DNA from: an uncultured Solirubrobacterales bacterium | GTDB taxonomy: Bacteria > Actinomycetota > Thermoleophilia > Solirubrobacterales > Solirubrobacteraceae | Assembly: GCA_963817865.1 (NCBI GenBank) | Contig: CAWFQO010000015.1 | Location: 6,385 to 70,384 of the forward strand | Direction: 5' to 3' | DNA: 64,000 nt | Shown: positions 36,847-44,343 of the stretch, one piece after another | Layout: the number at the start of each line of letters is the position of its first letter | Numbering within the stretch: position 1 is the stretch's first letter | Notes under the pieces: model-generated | The model's database searches: none | Told to the model about the DNA's origin: nothing | What the model saw: only the letters and a program-made list of their open reading frames with translations | Made by a program: the position numbers and the translations under genes

Positions 36847-37068
36847 ATGAGCAGGGTGTCGAGCAAGCATCAGGTCACGATCCCGGTCCATGTGCTCCGC
36901 CAGGCTGGCCTGGCGGCGGGCGATGATGTGGTTATCCGCGTGTCCGGCCGGGGCCGCGTCGAGGTCGAGCGCGCCGACGACCTCGTCGACCGCTACGCCG
37001 GCAGCCTCGCCGGCACCTACCCCCCCGGTCACCTTGACGAGCTCCGCGGCGAGTGGCGACGCGAGTAG
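36847..37068 (+). CDS. vapB: AbrB/SpoVT-family antitoxin
   Basis: SSKHQVTIPVHVLRQAGLAAGDDVVI is the looped-hinge-helix (AbrB/MazE) motif. It overlaps the downstream PIN gene. Confidence 0.8.
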   Translation: MSRVSSKHQVTIPVHVLRQAGLAAGDDVVIRVSGRGRVEVERADDLVDRYAGSLAGTYPPGHLDELRGEWRRE

Positions 37069-37445
37069 CACTCGACGCCGACGTCCTGATCGCCTTCCTC
37101 GACGCTGCGGACGAGCAGCACCAACGCGCCGTCGAGGTTCTGCGCCCCGAGCTCGCCGCCGGCCGGAGGATGCTGCTGAGCGCGAGTGTCTACGCAGAGA
37201 TCATGGTCCGCGCGCTCGAGCAGGCGACCGACGCGACGGTCGATGAATTCCTCGAGGCGATCGGCGCCACCATCGTCCCGGTCGACCGCACACTCGCTCG
37301 ACGCGCGGCCGAACTCCGCGCCCGTCATCGCGCTCTGCGCCTCCCCGACGCATTCTCCCTGGCGACCGCCCTGACCACTGACGCCGCACTCCTCACCCTC
37401 GACCACCGGCTCGCTCGGATCGCCGAGCGCGAGCGGTCTGCCTAG
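37053..37445 (+). CDS. vapC: PIN-domain ribonuclease toxin
   Basis: VALDADVLIAFLD (first acidic residue), ...SASVYAEI..., ...LPDAFSLATAL..DAALLTLD are PIN acidic motifs. Confidence 0.8.
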   Translation: MATRVALDADVLIAFLDAADEQHQRAVEVLRPELAAGRRMLLSASVYAEIMVRALEQATDATVDEFLEAIGATIVPVDRTLARRAAELRARHRALRLPDAFSLATALTTDAALLTLDHRLARIAERERSA

Positions 37446-37556
37446 TCACGGTCGGAGGGACCAGCCGGCGACATCCGAGCGAGCGGGTCCTCGGCCCCGA
37501 CCACCCCGACACGCCCGGTTCCCTATTCACGCACCCCCCGGGGGTAGGGTCTTCAC

Positions 37557-38246
37557 GTGGGACGGCCGGGGGCCCCCAACGCAAGCGATGCCGAGCTGGT
37601 CGATGCCGTGCGCCGCGGCGATCTCGGGGCCTTCGAGGTCCTCTACGACCGCCATCTCCCCGGGGTCAGAGCCGCCGTCCGCGGCCAGATCCGGGACGCC
37701 GACGAGGTGGCCGACGCGGTTCAGGAGACGTTCGCCCGCGCCCTCGCCTCGCTCCCCCAACTCCAGACGGCCGAGCGGTTTCGGCCGTGGCTCTTGTCGA
37801 TCGCCCGCCACACAGCGATCGACGCCCGCCGCGGTCGCGCCCACTGGCAGCCCGAGTTGCTCGGGGCGGCCGAGCAGCTCGAGAGCGGCGACCCCTCGCC
37901 CGCCGAGCTGGCCGAGATCGCCGAGCTCGCGACCGTCGTGCGGATCGCGATCGGAGGGCTCTCGTCGCGCGACGCTACGGCTCTCGGCCTCGTCGCCCTC
38001 GGGTTCGGCGTCGACGACGTGGCCGGCGCTCTGGGGATCGGCCGCGGAGCCGCGAAGGTCGCGCTCTACCGCGGCCGCAGGAGGCTTCGCGCCGCCGTCC
38101 TGCTCGAGATCCTCACCCGGCGACAGGTGCCCGGTTGTCCTCAGCTCGCGGAGATCGTCCCCGATCGGCTCGTCGAGGTCGCCCGCCATCTCGAGACGTG
38201 CGAGGCCTGCGCCGACGCCGCCCTCGTCCGACCCTCCGGCGCCTGA
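37557..38246 (+). CDS. ECF-type RNA polymerase sigma factor with C-terminal Cx16Hx3Cx2C (ZAS-like) extension
   Basis: Region 2 is FEVLYDRHLPGVRAAV...FRPWLLSIARHTAIDARR. Region 4 is LSSRDATALGLVALGFGVDDVAGALGIGRGAAKVALYRGRRRL. It is followed by VPGCPQLAEIVPDRLVEVARHLETCEAC. Confidence 0.8.
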   Translation: MGRPGAPNASDAELVDAVRRGDLGAFEVLYDRHLPGVRAAVRGQIRDADEVADAVQETFARALASLPQLQTAERFRPWLLSIARHTAIDARRGRAHWQPELLGAAEQLESGDPSPAELAEIAELATVVRIAIGGLSSRDATALGLVALGFGVDDVAGALGIGRGAAKVALYRGRRRLRAAVLLEILTRRQVPGCPQLAEIVPDRLVEVARHLETCEACADAALVRPSGA

Positions 38247-38337
38247 TCGACGCGCAGCAGCGGGCCGCGGTCGAAGCCTGCGACCCGCCGCTTGCTTCCG
38301 CCGAGAATCGTCGTGGTCTGGGCGACCGGACCCGGGC

Positions 38338-38529
38338 CTACTCAGACCACCAGGACTGCCAGGTCGACGCCCAGGCGTTCGGCTCGGCCCACCAGTTGGC
38401 GGCGTAGCCGGATACCTCGCTGCGGTTCGACCACCACTCGGCGAGCACTTCCTGCTCGGCCGGCTCCAGGCTCTGGGCCCAGTCCTGGAACTTCTTGCCT
38501 ACGCTGTCGATCGTCGCCTGATCCTGCAT
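38338..38529 (-). CDS. Trp-rich acidic small protein (63 aa)
   Basis: MQDQATIDSVGKKFQDWAQSLEPAEQEVLAEWWSNRSEVSGYAANWWAEPNAWASTWQSWWSE. GGAGG lies 5 nt upstream of the ATG at 38529. Third-position GC is high. Confidence 0.6.
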   Translation of the reverse strand: MQDQATIDSVGKKFQDWAQSLEPAEQEVLAEWWSNRSEVSGYAANWWAEPNAWASTWQSWWSE

Positions 38530-38613
38530 CGGAGCCTCCGCTCGTTCGTTTGGTGCCGTCATTGCCTTGAGTCGCAGCGGACCGGGAAAAGTTACAAGGG
38601 CCGACAGCCCCGG

Positions 38614-38631
38614 CCGCGCCGGCCGGCGCGG
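38614..38631. repeat. perfect 18-bp palindrome CCGCGCCGGCCGGCGCGG, nested in GTTACA...TGTAAC
   Basis: Read directly. It lies in the 137-bp divergent intergenic region between the Trp-rich gene and the 76-aa gene. Outer arms are at 38591..38596 and 38632..38637. Confidence 0.85.
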
Positions 38632-38666
38632 TGTAACCGAGCGAGCCGTCGGGAGACTGGAGACTG

Positions 38667-38897
38667 ATGGACCGGGATGCCGCCCAGACCCTCATCCGCA
38701 AGCTGCGGGCGTTCACTGCCGATGCGCTCGACGACCGCGAGCGGGCGCTTTTCGCGCGGTTGCTGGCGCCCGGACTCACCGCGGCCTACTCCGCCGGAGA
38801 CGAGGTGCACGGCTACGGCCTCGAGCCGCCGTGGACGGCGCCGCCGCTCGTCGACGCGTTGCTCGCCCAGCTCGAGACCCGCCCAGATCCCGAGTAG
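38667..38897 (+). CDS. hypothetical protein (76 aa)
   Basis: GGAGA lies 4 nt upstream of the ATG. The gene is followed 12 nt later by the CBS gene. No family recognised. Confidence 0.5.
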   Translation: MDRDAAQTLIRKLRAFTADALDDRERALFARLLAPGLTAAYSAGDEVHGYGLEPPWTAPPLVDALLAQLETRPDPE

Positions 38898-38909
38898 CCT
38901 CCGCCGGGC

Positions 38910-39374
38910 ATGCTGGTCGCCGACGTCATGGACCCCGATCCGGCCGAGATCGCGCTTGACGCGACGTTTCGGCAGGCCGCGGACTCGTTCGTCGAGCACC
39001 GGACCAGCGACCTCGTCGTCACCGACGGCGGTCGCTACGTCGGGATCCTCTCCGAGGGGGACCTCCTCCGAGCGCTGCTGCCCGACTTCGAGCCGATGAC
39101 GAAGTCGGTCGCCGGCGTCTCGCTCGACGAGGCTTCGCGGCTGTTCCTCGACTCCGGCCGCTTCAACGCCGACCGGTCGATCGCCTCACTCGTGCTCCGG
39201 CGACCGATCTTCCTGGCCCCAGGCGACCCGCTGCTCAAGGCCGCCACCGTGATGACCGCCGAGCACATCCGCCGGCTCCCGGTGATCGAGGACGGGGCGG
39301 TGGTCGGGATGCTGGCCCGCGCGAAGATCTCCCGGGCCCTGCTCTCCGATCCGCCGACCCCGGCCTCAGCCTGA
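38910..39374 (+). CDS. CBS domain pair protein
   Basis: Two CBS repeats: VADVMDPDP...DLVVTDGGRYVGILSEGDLLRAL and ...HIRRLPVIEDGAVVGMLARAKISRAL. Confidence 0.8.
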   Translation: MLVADVMDPDPAEIALDATFRQAADSFVEHRTSDLVVTDGGRYVGILSEGDLLRALLPDFEPMTKSVAGVSLDEASRLFLDSGRFNADRSIASLVLRRPIFLAPGDPLLKAATVMTAEHIRRLPVIEDGAVVGMLARAKISRALLSDPPTPASA

Positions 39375-42300
39375 GCCGACCGGCTCCCCCGGCACCGGCC
39401 GCCAGCCGAGCTCACCCAAGCCACCGACGAACTCCCGGTGCCAGCGGCGCAGGAGCTCCGGCACCCGGTCGAGGATCGCGATCAGCAGCTCTCCGCCCTC
39501 GCCGCTCGTCGCCGCCTCGAGCTGCTCGAACACGATCACGCCCTGGCGGATGGTCTCCCGGGCTTCGTCGAGGAACGCCTTGTCCTGCCGGGCGACGAGT
39601 CCGATCAGCTCGCGCAGCGATGCCCATTCCGACGCCGCGACAGCGTCGAACGCCCCATCGACCCGCTTGTAGAAGGTCTTGAACTCCTCGGAGAAGCTCC
39701 GGACCAGATCCGCCTCGGTGGTCGTCTCGGCATCGCTGATCGCCGCGTGGAGGCTCCGCGCGAAGTCCGGGGGCGCGCACAGCCCGCGGGTCAGCGCCCA
39801 CAGGTTGAGGACGTCCTCCCCGAGCGCGGCCGCGTAGTAGTTGGCCAGGAACCGCTGGTGGGTGTTGGAGGCGAACTGGACCTTGAGCGCGTTCAGCTCG
39901 TTCGGGTCGTCATTGCGGGTCATCGCGCCCGTGAGGTAGCCCCAGTCGTTCTGCAGGGCGTTGCCCATCTCGGTCAGCAGGTGCATGAACCGGACCCAGC
40001 TGCGGTAGAGATCGTGGAGGGTGACGACCGACAGCCCGAGCTTCGGGACGAGCGCGATCCCCCAGGCGTCGCCGAAGTCGAGCCGGCGGATCGAGCCGAT
40101 CTTGTACATCGCGAGCATCGCGTCGATCTCGCTGTTCTCGTGATGGAGCACGGCCTCGTACTCGCGCGTCGCGTCGAGGCCGAGGTTCTCGACGATGATC
40201 CGCGGACCGCCCGGATGGAGGTGGAGGAACTCGGTCATGTCGTAGACCTCGCCGTTCACCGTCAGCCACTGACCGGCCTCCGGCGTGGTCCGCAGCGCCA
40301 CCTCCGAGGCGTCGTAGACCCCACCTCCGAGCGCCCCGGGCCCGTCGTGCGGGGTCCAGCTCGTGAAGACGTCCTGCATGTAGCGCCCGTCGGCGACGAG
40401 CTGGCGCACGGCGATCCGCGCCTGCTCTCGGTCCCCGACGAACTCCTCGGCGACGGCCGTCAGCGCGCGCATGACGCTCTGGGCGAACCCGGCGCGCCCG
40501 CAGACGTAGAAGAACGCGCCGCCCTCGATCAGCGCCCACAGGGTGGCCCGCGCCTCGGGATCGGACGCGATCGCCGGCGCGATCCGCGCCGGGGCGCCGG
40601 CCGTCTCGACGAGCGGGCCGCCCGCGTCGCCCCGCAACCGGCCGTCCGCGCGGGAGAACGCGACCCGGAGCGAGAGCTCGCCCCGCTCGACCGCCGCCGC
40701 CAGCTCCGGCTCGCAGTAGAGCCGATCGCGTGAGGCCGTCGCGTAGAACAGCCAGTTCGCGCCCGTCGAGCCGTCGCTCCCCCGCTGCGCGATGAAGCCG
40801 AGGAACGGGGCGATGCCAACCCCGCCAGCGAACATCACGATCGGGCGGGAAGGGTCTCGGGGCAGCGTGAACCGGCTCGGACGCACGACCTGGATCGGGA
40901 ACGTCTCCCCCGCGGCGGTCTCGGTCACGTAGGTCGACGCCGTCCCGACGAGCTCGCCGCCGCGCTCGCCGGCGTAGCGTAGCTGGGCCACGGTCAGCGC
41001 GAGCTCGTCGGAGACGCCACCCGGGCCACCGTCCGGGGCCGACGCGACCGAGTACATGCGGAAGTCCTCGGGCGGGACGATCCGGGCCAGGGCCTCCCGC
41101 TGCTCGAGGCCCGCCTCGAGCAGCCGGGTCACGGCGTACCCCTCGAGGTGCAGCAGCGAGAGCACGTCGACCAGCTCCCACTCTGACTCGAGGTGGGCCT
41201 CGACGACGTCGCGCAGCCGCGGGGAGGCCGAGATGTCCATCAGCGCCTTGGCCATCGACCGGCTCATCGGGCGCAGCCTCGCGTAGGCCAGGAACGTCCG
41301 CAGCGGCAGCGTCGTCGCGCCCTGACGGTGCTCCGGCCGGTGGCGGACCGCCTGGCGCCAGCGGGCGTTCAGCGGGACGACCTCCTCGCCGCTCGCCCGC
41401 AGCGCCCGCAGCGTCCGCTCGACCGCCTCGGGACGGTTCGTCGGCAGCACCCCGCAGCGATCGCCCGGCCGGTAGACGACACCGGTCCCGGCGGCGTCGA
41501 GGACGATCCGCTTGACGGCGCCGTCGCTGCTCGTCGCCTCCCTCGAGCGCACCCGCGCCGCCTGCGAGTGGGGCGGGAGCTCCTTGTAGCGCTCGGTCCG
41601 CGTGTCCTCGAGGATCCGGTCGAGCGTCTTCCAGTGCCGGTCCTTGAACCCGCCCTCGATGTGGGTGATGGTGATCGAGCGGCCGACCTTGAACGCGAGC
41701 TCGAGGAAGCCATAGACCTTCAGCCGGTGGATGCCGAGGTATCCCTTCTTGCCTGCATAGGCATCGAACAGGGCGTCCCACAGACTCTGGAGCCGGCGAT
41801 CGCCGGTCCCGGCGACGTAGTCGCGGACCGAGACGGCGTCGACCGCGCGCAGGAAGGCGAGCTGGCGGACGGGGAACGAGTCACGGATGAAGCCCACCTC
41901 CTTGGCGAGCATCGACTCCTTGAACCGGCGGGCGAGAAACGCGTCCATCAGGTGGAAGATCGGAGACGCCTCGCCGCCCGGGCCCGGCGTTCCGCTCTCG
42001 ATCGGAACCGCGAGCGGGGCGACCGAGTTCGCCCATACCACCTGGTCGACGTAGGTCGCCGACAGCGGGTTCGGGTCGACCTTGCGGAAGGACAGCTCGG
42101 CGATGTCGCGCCAGGTCGCGAGCATCAGCAGCAGCTCCGCCACCAGCGCTCCGTCGTCCCGGCGGATCGCCGCCTCCTGAGCCCTGACCACCGAGCCGAC
42201 GAGCGGCGTCCCCCGGGCGAGGATCTCGACCTGGGCGAGGTAGAAGCGCCGCTCCTCGATGTTGTCGACGCTCGGGACGAGCAGCTCCATGTTGTCGATC

Positions 42301-42809
42301 GTGTGACCGAGCGTCGGATCGACCAGGCGGTGGTTGTAGACGATCAGGTCGTTGTAGGACATGTACGGGCCGGAGCGCCCGAGCCGTGCCGCGACCTGCG
42401 CCCAGGGGACGGCCACCGACGCCGGCAGATCGCCGGCGGGAAGCTTCTCGACGTAGACGTAGGCGTGGGCGAAGACGGCCATGGCCGAGGCCGCCCGCAA
42501 GACGTACTCGTCGGGCAGGGCCTCGGGCCCGGCGCTGAGCACCGGCATCGCGCGCAACGCCTGCCGGAGCGAGACCGTCCGCCAGAGCTCCGGCATCGCC
42601 GCGACGATCGCATCCCACGGCGCATGGGACGGTGGGAAGGCCCGCATCGTCGGGATCTTCGGGATGAACCCATGTGATGCCGACAGGAAGCCGTCGAGCT
42701 CGTGGCCCACCTGCGCGGTGTGACGCTCGGCTGCCTCGAGGACCGATCGGCTGGGCACGGACTCCGGGCCGGTGCTACCGGCCAGCAGATCCTCCAAGGT
42801 CATCGACAC
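39366..42809 (-). CDS. multidomain heme/flavin enzyme: IDO-like dioxygenase domain + FAD/NAD(P)H ferredoxin-reductase module + cytochrome b5 domain + helical C-terminal domain
   Basis: 1147-aa ORF. IDO-like motifs are GPGGEASPIFHLMDAFL, IRDSFPVRQLAFL and YLGIHRLKVYGFL. FNR motifs are RMYSVAS, MFAGGVGIAPFLGF and FYVCGRAGFAQSV. The b5 motif is EFLHLHPGGPRII...EAVLHH. Confidence 0.75.
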   Translation of the reverse strand: MSMTLEDLLAGSTGPESVPSRSVLEAAERHTAQVGHELDGFLSASHGFIPKIPTMRAFPPSHAPWDAIVAAMPELWRTVSLRQALRAMPVLSAGPEALPDEYVLRAASAMAVFAHAYVYVEKLPAGDLPASVAVPWAQVAARLGRSGPYMSYNDLIVYNHRLVDPTLGHTIDNMELLVPSVDNIEERRFYLAQVEILARGTPLVGSVVRAQEAAIRRDDGALVAELLLMLATWRDIAELSFRKVDPNPLSATYVDQVVWANSVAPLAVPIESGTPGPGGEASPIFHLMDAFLARRFKESMLAKEVGFIRDSFPVRQLAFLRAVDAVSVRDYVAGTGDRRLQSLWDALFDAYAGKKGYLGIHRLKVYGFLELAFKVGRSITITHIEGGFKDRHWKTLDRILEDTRTERYKELPPHSQAARVRSREATSSDGAVKRIVLDAAGTGVVYRPGDRCGVLPTNRPEAVERTLRALRASGEEVVPLNARWRQAVRHRPEHRQGATTLPLRTFLAYARLRPMSRSMAKALMDISASPRLRDVVEAHLESEWELVDVLSLLHLEGYAVTRLLEAGLEQREALARIVPPEDFRMYSVASAPDGGPGGVSDELALTVAQLRYAGERGGELVGTASTYVTETAAGETFPIQVVRPSRFTLPRDPSRPIVMFAGGVGIAPFLGFIAQRGSDGSTGANWLFYATASRDRLYCEPELAAAVERGELSLRVAFSRADGRLRGDAGGPLVETAGAPARIAPAIASDPEARATLWALIEGGAFFYVCGRAGFAQSVMRALTAVAEEFVGDREQARIAVRQLVADGRYMQDVFTSWTPHDGPGALGGGVYDASEVALRTTPEAGQWLTVNGEVYDMTEFLHLHPGGPRIIVENLGLDATREYEAVLHHENSEIDAMLAMYKIGSIRRLDFGDAWGIALVPKLGLSVVTLHDLYRSWVRFMHLLTEMGNALQNDWGYLTGAMTRNDDPNELNALKVQFASNTHQRFLANYYAAALGEDVLNLWALTRGLCAPPDFARSLHAAISDAETTTEADLVRSFSEEFKTFYKRVDGAFDAVAASEWASLRELIGLVARQDKAFLDEARETIRQGVIVFEQLEAATSGEGGELLIAILDRVPELLRRWHREFVGGLGELGWRPVPGEPVGSG

Positions 42810-42861
42810 TCGCCCACCCCGTTCCTCGGCACCCTACTCACCGGCGCCGGGCCGCGCAAGC

Positions 42862-43794
42862 CTAGGGGCCGCCGTCACGGAGCAGCCCGGCTTGGACGGT
42901 GTGGATCGCCGATGTGGCCCGCGGCGAGAGGAGCGACGCCCCAGCGCGCGCGTCGGTCACCCGGGGCGGTGCGGCGCCGCCGCGGGCGTTCGCCGCGGTC
43001 GCCCAGAGCACCGACTTGAGCTGAAACGGTCGCAGGCTCGGATGCTTCGAGCAGACCAACGCGGCGATCCCGGCGATGTGCGGGGCGGCATACGAATTGC
43101 CGGTGACCCGCCGCGTGCCTCCGTCCAGCCAGGCGACCTCGACGTCGATCCCCGGAGCGAGGAACTCGGTCGGGGGGTCGGGGTTGGCATGGAAGTCGAA
43201 TGCGTCGCGCGCGGTGTTGCAGGCGACGCTGGCCACCGACGCGCACAGGCTCGGGAAGCTCTGCTCCGCGGCGTTGCTGGCCGCCGTGACGACGAAGCAG
43301 CCCTGGAAGTAGGCGCGATCACAGAGCTCGTACAACGGCAGCGCCCAGTCCCGCCGGCCGGTTCCGAGCGACAGGTTGATCACGTCGAATCGGTGCTCGA
43401 TCGCCCACGCCAGCCCGTGGAGGAACACCGCCGCCCGCCCGCCCAGTCCTCCCCCGAGGACCTTGACGCTGGTGATCCGGGCCTCGGGGGCGATCCGGTG
43501 GATGATCGAGGCGCACGCCGTCCCGTGGCCGAACACGTCACCGTGCGCGCCGCCCCGCTCGCTGACGCCCCCGTCGCGCTCGAGCTTGAGGGCGACCCCG
43601 TCGTCGACGCAGCCCTCGAGCGCCGCGTGGCCGGCGTCGATCCCGCTGTCGAGGACGGCGACCCGGACCCCCCGGCCGGTCGCTCCGCCCCAGGCCCACT
43701 CCGGGTCCGGATGCAGCGGCCCCCGCTCGAGGGCGAGCGGGACGAAGATCGATTCGCCGCGGGAGAACGCCGGCCGCTCGCCCGCGCCGACCAT
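42862..43794 (-). CDS. S8 (subtilisin-like) serine peptidase without signal peptide
   Basis: Catalytic triad contexts VAVLDSGID, HGTACASII and TGNSYAAPHIAGIAAL. The ATG at 43794 overlaps the GAF gene stop (TGATG). Confidence 0.85.
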   Translation of the reverse strand: MVGAGERPAFSRGESIFVPLALERGPLHPDPEWAWGGATGRGVRVAVLDSGIDAGHAALEGCVDDGVALKLERDGGVSERGGAHGDVFGHGTACASIIHRIAPEARITSVKVLGGGLGGRAAVFLHGLAWAIEHRFDVINLSLGTGRRDWALPLYELCDRAYFQGCFVVTAASNAAEQSFPSLCASVASVACNTARDAFDFHANPDPPTEFLAPGIDVEVAWLDGGTRRVTGNSYAAPHIAGIAALVCSKHPSLRPFQLKSVLWATAANARGGAAPPRVTDARAGASLLSPRATSAIHTVQAGLLRDGGP

Positions 43795-44303
43795 CAGCTC
43801 ATGAGGGCGCCGATCGCCCGCGCCAGGCTTGCGTACCGGACCGGATCGCTCGCCTCGAGCCGGGCCAGCTCTCCGGCCAGCTCGGGCGGCGACGGCACGG
43901 CCGCGGCGCCGGCCGGCCCGATCGACATCGCCGCCCCGGCGACCTGGCCGAACAGCATCGCCACGCCGGTCGCCTCGATCGGAAACGGATCCTCGCCCGG
44001 ACCACGGACGAGCTCGAGGACCCCGACCGGCTCGGCCTCGTGCAGGCAGGGGACGCACAGGACCGCGCGGTCGCCGGACCCGGAAGCCGCGACGCTGAAC
44101 GGCTGACCGGAGGCGAGCGCGTAGCCGACCCCGCCGCTGTCCGGGGCGACGCGCGCGCCCAGGCGCCAGCCGGTCGCGCTGCCGGCGAGCGCGACCACGT
44201 GCAGGGCGTCACCCTCGCAGGCCAGCAGCCGAGCCGCCGCCGCCTCCGTCGCTCGCCGCGCCGCGTCGGCCACGGCATCGGCGACGGAACCCGACGAGGT
44301 CAT
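43794..44303 (-). CDS. GAF domain protein (169 aa)
   Basis: ARLLACEGDALHVVALAGS...GYALASGQPFSV...LCVPCLHEAEPVGVLELV is the GAF-like core pattern. Confidence 0.6.
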   Translation of the reverse strand: MTSSGSVADAVADAARRATEAAAARLLACEGDALHVVALAGSATGWRLGARVAPDSGGVGYALASGQPFSVAASGSGDRAVLCVPCLHEAEPVGVLELVRGPGEDPFPIEATGVAMLFGQVAGAAMSIGPAGAAAVPSPPELAGELARLEASDPVRYASLARAIGALMS

Positions 44304-44343
44304 CGGGAGACTCTACCCGGCGGGTCCGCCCGAGCCCGACCGG

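Larger units (their letters stand above)
35588..37450. mobile_element. possible tRNA-Val-adjacent genomic islet (small hypothetical genes plus vapBC; no integrase seen)
   Basis: It sits immediately 3' of the tRNA. Hand-counted 60-nt lines run about 53-62% GC, against mostly 70% or more elsewhere. Gene content is orphan ORFs and a toxin-antitoxin pair. I could not identify direct repeats or a recombinase. Confidence 0.25.

Noticed and set aside
38247-38337. Continuation of an anti-sigma domain in the +1 frame after the ECF stop (LIDAQQRAAVEACDPPLASAENRRGLGD…).
   Set aside because: The translation shows no anti-sigma or TM features. Most of the downstream high third-position GC is explained by being antisense to the Trp-rich gene.
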